Source: Octopus vulgaris (taxonomy: Eukaryota). Taken from it: a stretch of DNA of 64,000 nucleotides. Below are positions 53,976 through 64,000 of the stretch, piece by piece. Position 1 is the stretch's first letter. Each line of letters starts with the position of its first letter. The position numbers and the translations under genes are program-made. Under the pieces are notes generated by a model that searched no databases, was not told where the DNA came from, and saw only the letters and a list, made by a program, of their open reading frames with translations. Location: assembly GCA_951406725.2 (NCBI GenBank), contig OX597833.1:23560001-23624000 (forward strand), written 5' to 3'.

Positions 53976-55883
53976 TTGACTCAGTGGGAGGGCAGTGTTC
54001 TGGGAAGAAGGGACTGGGTGGTTAATGAGGATTTGAGGTGGGGACTGGTGGGTGATAAGTGAAGGAAATAGAAGATGAGTGAGGAATATGTGAGTGGAGG
54101 TTCTCATGAACAGTAGCCACTGTAGTAGTGGTAGAAAAGGCAGAGAGAGGAGACACAGGATGTCTGTGGATAGGAGATAGGGGTGCATTGATGACTCCTT
54201 ATTAATCAGGGTAGCCATTCTTTGGATGTATGTATAGTTTTGTTTGTGAATGTGATGTGACAGTATTTGTGGTGTGTATGTTGTATGAGGAGTGTAGATT
54301 GTATATAGTATATGGTGTGCAGAGACTATATGTGTAGTGTAGACTATATGTACTAAATGGTGTATACATTGTGTATATAGCATATACAGTGTTTAGACTC
54401 TGTATATACCGTATATGTATAGTATGTGATGTCTAGACATTGTGTGTATAGTGTGGTATATACTATAGATATATATATAATAACCATTGGTTTCAGATGT
54501 GTCCAGGCGACCTTCACCTTTGATATAGATTTTAAAACTGTTTCTTGTTAACTGAACTGTAATTGATTGGTTGAGAATAGCTTTCTCTGATTGGCTGAAC
54601 TCAAGTGATATCTGTATAAACTATTTTACAAGCAACCAAAGATACAGCAGTCTTTATCGAACATATCTAAGTCCCCTTTAAACATACCCAAACACAGCTG
54701 TGTGTGTGTGTGTGTGCATGCGTGCCTAAGGGTCTCACTGGGAAATAAAAGTCATTAACTTGACTGACTGCTGAGAGACAAGTTGCTTCTACTTGACTCC
54801 CATGTTTCAAGTTTTATAGAAATAGGGAATCCCTTAATAACTTATAGCTTTCGGCTCCCTTTATCACTAGCTACTTAATTAAGTTACTGCTAACGAGCCT
54901 CTGCTTATACACAAATACCTGTGGTGTATAAGGGGAGGGTGTGAAGAACGTGTATATCCTTTATACATATACACACACCCAGGTATACATAGGAGTATGT
55001 GTTTATCAATGGGCCAAGATGTATACACATGTGTGTGTGTGTGTATGTCTTCCACCCACCTCTCATATATATATATATATATCAAAACAGATTGGAAAAA
55101 TATTGGGGGTATTATTTATTCATCATTACACATGTTTCATTTGCTAATAGGAGTTACAAAATTGTACATGTAGAAGAAACATATAAGACATCTCCATTTA
55201 GAAATTCTTCAGACAGAGAATCAAATAATATTATTTGAATAGTATTATTCATCATTGTTTGAATGTCCACTTTTCCATGCTTTTGCTTGCTTGGATGGAG
55301 TTTATTGGGGCAGATTTTCTATAGCCAGATGCACTTCCTGTCACCAACCCTCACCTGTGTCCAACCAAGATGGAAATATTTCCCCATGGCCAGACATGAT
55401 TTTGCAGAATATTAAAAAAAAACATATATATGTACAGTGCAGCCTGTATAACATCAATAAGAGAACCTCTGTGTGTTTGCTCTACTTGCTAAAAATAGCT
55501 GACAAATGTTCCTCACATTACATCCTACCATCTTAAATAAGGAAAGGACACATTAGATAATGTAGTCCTAGATAGACTAGCTTGGAATGAAAGGCAGGAT
55601 GGTCGCAGCTGGAATACCTTTGAACCTAGGTCTACTGGATGAGGGCTGGCCTGGTGTTAAATCATAACAAACACATCTACACCACCACCACCGCCACAGC
55701 TACAACACACCACCACCAACATCAACATTCCATCACTGCTCCATCAGCATCCCTAACCCACCCACCACTACGCCTATTTAACACAACAGAAGTCTTTGAA
55801 TTTTAATAGTTTTCCTGATTTGTTTAATGACTGTAAAAATGTTGTGTCAACTCATGTATACACCCCAACTACATACACCCCCC

Positions 55884-55932
<49 letters not shown>

Positions 55933-57475
55933 TCATCATCATTTAATGTCTTTTTTCCATGCTGGCATGGGTTAGATGTGTGTGTAATATGCACACACAC
56001 ACACACACACACAGACCATTACTAGCATTGTATGATAGTTAGGAAAAGCTGGAATGTAACACACACACACACACATATAAACAGATATACAGAGAGCCCC
56101 CCCCCCCCGCCGTGCTGTGCTGTGTCTATGTTGTTTCATAAACAAGTTGTGTAAAAAAAACAGCTACCAGACTCTTGTCTAAAAATGTGTATTCACATCA
56201 GTTCATGTTGTAGTCCACCCTTACCCACCCCCTGTAGGGGTAGGAAGGGGCCAGGGGCTACCTCCCACACACCTTTATCTCCCTTCATGTTGTTCTTTAT
56301 CCCTAGGTCAGTGCTAGAAACAAACACATTCCAGGCTGGACCATCCCATTTGATTGACACCTGACACCCTATAGCCTTGACTTTGTGTTTACAAGTGAGG
56401 CTTTACATGGTGACACAACCTGCTGGAAATAACTACTAATGTCCCTTTAAACTGCAGACTTCAAAAGACGAATGACACATTACATAATGTAATCCTAGAT
56501 ACACAATGACTTAAAATAAGATGGAATGGTCATGACTGAAACACCTTTCATCACAGGTCTGTTCAATAATGGCTGACCTCCAACTATACAACAACTCTAT
56601 CTTGTCTAATATGTCCTTCCTTTCTTAAGGATATAGGGTTTGATTTAGGGGAAATTTAGCTGTTACTTCTAGCAGGTCAAGTCCCAATTTAGAAGCCCTC
56701 CATTATTGTTAAGAAACTGAAGTGTCTACTGTATTTGTGTCAGTAAAATATGGGTACCAGTGGTATAATAGGGTAACTATGGTGTGACTACTTTTAGCAG
56801 AGCCCACTTGGGAGCAGGTGTCCTATCTGGGGATAACTGCCCTCCACAACTTACAGACATTCTGAAAGGGATCGGTAACTCCATCCTCACCATCACCACA
56901 ACCACCAGTCATAGAGAGCCCCTGAAAGGGATCAGTGACCCCTTCCCTGCCTTCTCTACTCCGCCACCAGTCACTGTTGTTCCTTTCACTGCATCATTTA
57001 AGAAAGTAAGGTCTTGGGTTCACATGACAGTGATGGCACCGTTGCAGTGTGGTTGTGGGCCAGCAATGATTGGTTTTACATTGATTCAGTTTATTAAACT
57101 GGAAAGGTGACTGTTAGCTTATCCATGGGTCCACCACCACCACAATATGCTAAAACATAAAACATTGCATCTTAAAGCAGGTCTTAATATAAAATACAAT
57201 AAGAGATGAGTGAATGAGGCAGGGGTCTAAAATGTGTCCATCAGTGCTCCTGTTGCTGTCTCCCTAATTAACTGCCACACCCACCTTGTGCTCTGGGATA
57301 AGCCCAATAAATTAGACCCCTAAAGCTGCTTGATTGTAACAATGTCCCCTAAACAAAACTGTGGATTGGGAGTGGAGAGGTTGGTTTATAATGGCTGCCT
57401 CACAGACTGTCTCAGTGTTGGGAGGGATCTACTTAACAGGCTCTCTCTCTCTCTCTCTCTTATAGACAGTTTAAC

Positions 57476-57510
<35 letters not shown>

Positions 57511-57766
57511 TAGTTCATAAACAGACCGACAGACAGATAGATAGACAGAGAGGTAGATAGATGGAGAGAGAGAGAGAGAGGTAGATAGATAGGAGGACAA
57601 GTAGTCATATATTCTGCATTTTAGTTATCAACATCTGTGTTCTTTCTAAATAGCAGTTTAACACATATGTTGATATACATTATATACGCATAAAAGCCAA
57701 ACATAAACACAGACACATGCACACACCACATATATATACACATTTATACACTCATATATATATATG

Positions 57767-58527
57767 AAGTTGAAGGTATCAGGGGGAGAGGTAGACCTAG
57801 GAAGACATGGGATGATGTAGTCAAGCATGACCTCAGAGCGTTGGGCCTCACTGAGGCAATGGCGAAGGACCGAGATCTCTGGAGATATGCTGTGACTGCA
57901 AAGACCCGGGCTGTTTCCTGCATCAGTTCTGCATAGTCCCTGCCCATTCAAAGTACCCTGGATCCCAGAACGTCCCGCTGTGCTTGAGGAGACCTGTTGA
58001 GTCAAGTACATGAACATGAACGTCGAAATAAATATCAATGGAAATAGTAGTTGTGATGCCTGTCTTGGTGGCACATAAAAAGCACTATCCGAACGTGGCC
58101 GATGCCAGCGCCGCCCCAACTGGCTTCTGTGCCGGTGGCACATAAAAAGCACCATCCGAACGTGGGCGATGCCAGCGCCGCTCCGAGTGGCTTCTGTGCC
58201 GGTGGCACATAAAAAGCACCATCCGAACGTGGCCAATGCCAGCTCCGCCTTGGCTGGCTTCCGTGCCGCTGGCACGTTAAAAGCTCCAACCAATCATGGC
58301 CGATGCCGGACCCCCCCTGGCACCTGTGCAGGTGGCACGTAAAAAGCACCCACTACACTCGCGGAGTGGTTGGCATTAGGAAGGGCATCCAGCCGTAGAA
58401 ACTCTGCCAGATCAGACTGGAGCAGGGAGCAGCCCCTGGCTTCCCAGACCCCGGTCGAACCGTCCAACCCGTGCTAGCACGGAAAACGGACGTTAAACGA
58501 TGATGATGATGATGATGATGATGATGA
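57767..58527 (+). mobile_element. 5'-truncated copy of the PHD-bearing RTE (ORF end, 3' UTR, (GAT)n tail)
   Basis: GIRGRGRPRKTWDDVVKHDLRALGL...; reverse-complementary to 25255-25940; inserted in (TA)n. Confidence 0.92.
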
Positions 58528-59315
58528 TATATATATATATATATATCCACACCTCTGCACACACCCTCACCCACACACTCCCTCCCCATTACTCTGTCCT
58601 AAAATTACTGACCAAGTCCATGTGTGCCCCCACCCCGAATAAACATGTCTGAACATTTCAGTCTTCCATTTGCATCTCAAACTGGGAGCAGTTGCCGGAG
58701 GTGGGGGTGACACTGAGTGGTTGTGGTGGTGGTGTGTAAGGGGGAGGTACATGAGGGGGTGACAGTGGTAGTGGTGTTATTTATTACGGGGGAGGGGTAA
58801 GTGATGAGGGAGGGGTGGTCTTCATGTAAAAACATTGTTGTTAATATTGTACACCCTGCCCCCCCCCCCACCCGCTCTACAGACCAGCTTGTTAACATTC
58901 CTGTTGTACATTGGGGACATCACCACCACCACCACCACCATTAGTATAATTTGATCTCTTGTCTTCTAACTTCTCCATCTCTCATTGTTTATGTGTCAAT
59001 GTGTCTATCTGTCATGAGTTTTTCTGTAGATTCATTGAAGAAATATCATATTGAACAAAAATGGTGGATTGGCTCTTTATATTCTGAGTTCAAATCCTGC
59101 TGAGCTCAACTTTGTCTTTCATCTTTTCAGGGTTGATAAATAAAAAGTACCAGTCATATACTGGTGTTGATGGGATTGACTAACCCCATCCCCTCCTCAA
59201 AATTGCTGCCCTTGTGCCTAAATCAGAAACAATTGTCAAAATAAGGCACACTCTACATCTCTCTCTTCTCTGTTTCTTTCTATATATGTGTGTGCATTTA
59301 TATACACATGCATAC

Positions 59316-59370
<55 letters not shown>

Positions 59371-59558
59371 CACACACACACATACACACACACATCATCA
59401 TCATCATCATCATCATTTAGCGTCCACTTTCCATGCTAGCATGGGTTGGACGGTTCAACTGGGGTCTGTGAAGCTGGAAGGCTTCGTCAGGCCCAGTCAG
59501 ATCCTAACGCCAACCACTCCGTGAGAGCCCAACCATTCCGTATATATATATATATATA

Positions 59559-60070
59559 TCTATATATATAAAACTGTAGTTGTGTGAGTGTCTGTCCCCT
59601 TCGATTTAGATTCCTAACTACTCCTACATTTTGCGGTGCAGTTTAACCAAAACCGGGTATCTTATAGTCATGATTCATATCAAGCCCGTCTGAGTATTAG
59701 CGCGCGTCTACGATGAGTCTACGATTTTAAAAATAATTTAACATCATTTTTTATTTCATTTTAATGCATAATTTTTCGTGTGTCGATGGCGGCGGAGTTG
59801 GCGTCCATGGTCACACCTGCACCTGTTTGCTTCTCCCCTTCTTCCCTCCCTCGTGAAGCTGTGGGGAAGGGAGTGTAAGGAAATCAACGTCGTAAAGCGT
59901 TGTCAAGGAGACCAGCGTTCTTTGAGAACAACGACTTCATGGCTTGAAGACACCAAAACAGAAATGGCTAAGAAAGCCCGAATTGGCATCTATAAGGGAA
60001 GTAACTCTCTAAAAATGCTTATATAGTTATTTCCCTTACAAACCCGAGCAACGCCGGGCGATACTGCTAG
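59559..60070 (+). mobile_element. Non-autonomous Helitron (~512 bp)
   Basis: 5' TC, subterminal hairpin cccgagcaacgccggg, 3' CTAG, A|T target. Confidence 0.88.
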
Positions 60071-60084
60071 TATATATATATATA

Positions 60085-60295
60085 TTTATAAAGAAAGAAA
60101 ACAAATGGGTTGAGGCTCACTACAGCTGTTTCAGAGGTGTTTTTTATAGATGAATAAACCAATTACATGAAAAAAACTGTTTCCTTCCGGTGAATTAAAA
60201 ACTTAGAATTTCAAATTTTAAATTTAGTTCAGAAAAAATATATCAAGATATGGAATGTGTCTTGACCCTCTCATTTTGGCAACAAGTGAGAGAGT
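60085..60295 (-). mobile_element. Penelope-like fragment with degraded hammerhead (same family as 50480-50660)
   Basis: Shares atgagagggtcaa.acaca and GAAACAGCTGTAGTGA; the core here reads CGGAAGG. Confidence 0.65.
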
Positions 60296-60314
60296 ATATA
60301 TATATATATATTTA

Positions 60315-60826
60315 CTAGCAGTATCGCCCGGCGTTGCTCAGGTTTGTAAGGGAATTAACTATATAAGCATTTTTAGAGAGTTACTACCATTATAGGTGCC
60401 AATTCGGGCTTTCTTAGCCATTTCTGTTTTGGTGTCTTCAAGCCATGAAGTCGTTGTTCTAAAAGAACGCTGGTCTCCTTGACAACGCTTTACGACGTTG
60501 ATTTCCTTACACTCCCTTCCCCACAGCTTCACGAGAGAGGGAAGAAGGGGGAGAAGCAACACAGGTGCAGATGTGACCATGGACGCCAACTCCGCCGCCA
60601 TCGACACGAAAAAATATGCATTAAAATGGAATAAAAAATGATGTTAAATTATTTTTAAAATCGTAGACTCATCGTAGACGCGCGCTAATACCCAGACGGG
60701 CTTGATATGAATCACGACTATAAGATACCCGAATTTGGTTAAACTGCACCGCAAAATGTGGGAGTAGTTAGGAATCTAAATCGTAGGAGACAGACACTCA
60801 CACAACTACAGTTTTATATATATAGA
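60315..60826 (-). mobile_element. Non-autonomous Helitron, inverted copy of 59559-60070
   Basis: Same termini and hairpin on the minus strand; highly similar over the full length. Confidence 0.88.
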
Positions 60827-60831
60827 TATAC

Positions 60832-61048
60832 TTTTATTAAAGCTGCAAAAATCTTCACAAACTGTTACTCAAGTTTCACGTTCCTATTCATCAGACAGTA
60901 TGTTCACAACCATCCGACGAACAGGAATGTGAAACTCTGAGTAACAGTTTATGAAGATTTTTGCACCTTTAATAAAAGCATATTACTCTACCTTCGGTAT
61001 TCGAGTTCTATTTTTCTCCACCTTGTTTTGCATTTATGTGCTTACTCG
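60832..61048. mobile_element. Penelope-like foldback with two minimal hammerhead motifs (60861-60899 minus; 60909-60948 plus)
   Basis: ~65-bp inverted arms. Minus: actgt-CTGATGA-ataggaacgt-GAAAC-ttga-GTA-acagt. Plus: CCGACGA-aca(ggaa)tgt-GAAAC-tctga-GTA-acagt. Confidence 0.75.
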
Positions 61049-61049
61049 T

Positions 61050-61340
61050 GTGGTGCCATGTAAAAACCCCTCGCACCAAGAGTCTTGTGCCTGTGTCACA
61101 TAAAAAGCACTTGTGACGGTGCCACGTAAAAAGCACATGCGGCGAGAGTCCTGTGCCGGTGGCGCGTTAAAGCACCCAGCACACACTGTAAAGTGGTTTG
61201 CATTAAGAAGGGCATCCAGCTGTAGAAGCCAAGCAAAATCAGACTGGACTCTGGTGCAGCTCTTCTGCTTGTCAGCTCTGGTCAAACCGCCCAACCCATG
61301 CCAGCATGAAAAACGGACGTTAAAGGATGATGATGATGAT
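61050..61340 (+). mobile_element. RTE-type 3' end
   Basis: Same tail family. Confidence 0.8.
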
Positions 61341-62034
61341 ATATATATACACACACACACATATAGACACACTTGCACATGCTAGCAAGTGTGTGTATAT
61401 GTGTGTGTATAGGTATTCCATAATATCAAATACTGATATGATATAACCTCACTTTGTTAGAAAATAATGTTTTCTTCATTAATGAATAGTAGTAGTTATT
61501 CCTTTAAAGCCCTATGGGCTCATAAGGGCAGGTTTCCTGGCTTCCGTGGCGTATATATATTAACACCCTGGATGGGATGCCAGTCCCTCGCAGGATTACT
61601 CATTTTTACCAGCTGAGTGGACTGGAGCAACGTGAAATGAAGTGTCTTTCTCAAGAACACAATGCATCACCCAGTTCAGGAATTGAAACCACAATCTTAT
61701 GATCATGAGTCCAACACCCTAACCACTAGGCCACACACCGCCACTCATTAATAAATGCCTGACATATATTAATCTATTCTACATTTCACAGCACACATTT
61801 CACTAGAGACATCTCACATTCCACATCTCCCAATCACCGCACTAGATGTCTTACAGCATGCCTACTTCTTCTATATTGCTATGCTGAGTTCAAATCCAAC
61901 ATGAATTTTGTAATTTGTACCAGTAATACACTAGGACACATTCATCTTGGGGCTCGTCAAATCCAAAAAACCACCACCACTGCTGCTGCCAATCTTTGTA
62001 TAATTGTTGTTGTTGTTGTTGTTGTTCTTTCCAG

Positions 62035-62100
62035 CTGAGAAGAAAGAAGGTACCCAACAGAACAATCTCTACCCTCACCAACTGGACCCTACAGGGGCAA
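62035..62100 (+). CDS. FGFRL1: FGFRL1 D1-D2 linker exon (P-EKKEGTQQNNLYPHQLDPTGA)
   Basis: ttctttccAG|...|GTAAGT; 66 nt, open frame, phase 1-1. It occupies the position of the vertebrate linker exon. Confidence 0.7.
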
Positions 62101-62726
62101 GTAAGTTATTTAGGGGCTGCCATGTGTTGTCCCCATTCTTTAGAGATTTTCACTCCCTTTAGAATGGCATTCCAGCCATAACCATTCTGTCTTTTATTGT
62201 CTAGATTACTTTAGTAAATAATATTGTAGAGGTTGTATTGCCCCCCCCCCCCCTCAAAATAATATTGATTCAAACCACTACACTACAACCCATACCATTC
62301 TAATAACCATCAACATCAGCAATGGACTCCACACCCCCTTAACAAAATGATGACCACCACCTCCAACTACCCGTCAGGTTGCTAAGACTATGTAATATAC
62401 AGGAACAACACTTCCAGAATTTACTATTGGAGTACAACAAGGATTCATTCTGTGACCCATTCTTTTTAACCTATCGTCACATCACATCTTTGTACCATTT
62501 CAAAGACACCAATGCACCATTGCTCTCCAAACCCCTTTTGAAACCATTTGGAAGAAACTTGCTTCCACAACAAACTTAAAACAACACTAACCAAATCTAC
62601 TGTCTTCCTTATTGACAACATCAGGTACAACCATCACACACACACACAGAAGTAAACAACAATACTGGGAGGGAGTTGTATACAACACTTCTACAACATT
62701 CACATATATGCACAGAAGACAGTCAT

Positions 62727-62931
62727 ATCATCACCATCATTTAACGTCCATTTTCTATGCTGGCATGGGTTAGACGGTTTGACAGAAGCTGTCAAGCCGG
62801 AGGGCTGCACCAGGCTCCAATTGTCTGTTTTGGCATGGTTTCTATTGTTGGATGCCCTTTCTAAAGCCAACAGGGCATCCAGCCATAGGAACCATGCCAA
62901 AACAGACAATTGGAGCCTAGTGCAGCCCTCC
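62727..62931. mobile_element. RTE-type tail with 5' inversion forming a ~60-bp hairpin (62799-62931)
   Basis: gagggctgcaccaggctccaattgtctgttttggcatgg / ccatgccaaaacagacaattggagcctagtgcagccctc. Confidence 0.8.
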
Positions 62932-63198
62932 TAGAGTGATCCCTAACGATCAGAAAGAGACAACAAAAATATACCAACGATACATTATGACCACCCCTAC
63001 GGATTAAGTTAACCCTTCCTCATGGAGTGGGATGTATAGGAAGGGGCTATACACAAGACCTTCACAGTTCTTCTCATCCCCAGTAGCATCGATACAATTA
63101 GTTGTAAGTGTGTAGGTGTGTGTTGAACTGACCAGTGTGGCCAGTTGTTTTTATATGTCTGTCCCCTTAAAATAAAGGGTCCTTTCTTTGTTTTGAAG

Positions 63199-63489
63199 CT
63201 GAGCCCCGTTTCCTGCACCTGCGTAAGATGAAGAAAAAGGCGATCCCACGCCCTGCTGGTAGTTCCATATGGTTTCGATGTCGAGCTAGTGGTAACCCAC
63301 GGCCAGAGATACAATGGCTGAAGGATGGTCAGATGTGGACATCTGATAACATGGGGAACTATCAGGACAGTAGACCATGTTGGACGTTAAAGATTGATGA
63401 TTTACGACAAGAGGACAGTGGTCAGTACACCTGTGTGGTCACTAATATCCATGGTACCATCAATTACACATACTCTTTAGAAGTCGTCG
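63199..63489 (+). CDS. FGFRL1: FGFRL1 Ig domain D2 exon
   Basis: ttttgaAG|...|GTAAGT, 291 nt, phase 1-1. EPRFLHLRKMKKKAIPRPAGSSIWFRCRASGNPRPEIQWLKD...WTLKIDDLRQEDSGQYTCVVTNIHGTINYTYSLEVV compares with human [41 protein letters not shown]. Confidence 0.93.
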
Positions 63490-64000
63490 GTAAGTAAATA
63501 TGTCTCTCTTCAAATATACCTTCATTTCTCTGTGTTATTACATTCATCATTTCATCTATCATTACATCTAACATCATATTATTACTTAAGGTAGCATGCT
63601 GGGAAAAATGCTTAGCAGCATTTTGTCCATTTTTACGTTCTGAGTTCAAATTCCGCCAAAGTTGACTGCTTTTCATTCTTTTGGGGTCGATAAAATAAGT
63701 ACCAGTTGAACACTGGGGTTGATGTAATTGGCTTATCCCCTCCCCCGGAATTTCTGGCCTTGTGCCAAAATTTTCAACCATTTCATCTATCATTACATCT
63801 ATTATTACACCTGTTTAGCTCTTTGTCTCAAGTCTTGAACATCTTTTCTCCATTATTACAGCATTTTTATTTCTCCTTGTATTTTATTCCTGTCTCTCTA
63901 AGTTTATCTGTCCCCATCACCATCATCATCACCACCACTCCACCACCATCATCGTCATCACCACTTCCACCACCATCATCATCACCATCATCATCATTAC

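Noticed and set aside
51468-63489. Alternative call as a canonical FGFR or generic Ig adhesion molecule
   Set aside because: The D1 and D2 motifs and exon layout fit FGFRL1 better, although absence of a kinase cannot be confirmed inside this window.

Overview
Eukaryotic, AT-rich, repeat-dense genomic DNA. The SINE, LINE and microsatellite complement suggests an octopus or other coleoid cephalopod; this is an inference. Two host genes lie head-to-head. On the minus strand is a divergent DM-domain (Dmrt/doublesex-family) coding exon at 4572-4857. On the plus strand is FGFRL1 (FGF receptor-like 1 / nou-darake), with a signal-peptide exon (8557-8635), a ~43 kb intron, Ig D1 (51468-51734), a linker exon (62035-62100) and Ig D2 (63199-63489); all introns are phase 1 and the gene continues past the window. 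The introns hold RTE LINEs with a PHD-type finger inside the RT ORF and a hairpin-repeat 3' UTR, a CR1-group LINE with an N-terminal CCCH finger, mariner, piggyBac and Merlin-like DNA transposon remnants, an inverted Helitron pair, several SINE families, a ~4.8 kb G-rich 98/99-bp minisatellite and a 515-bp tandem repeat. The least obvious signal is a set of about ten type I hammerhead-ribozyme motifs from several Penelope-like families. Several sit in foldback pairs, and three unrelated families carry a non-canonical CCGANGA (U4C) core. All calls were made by eye; no database searches or folding programs were run.
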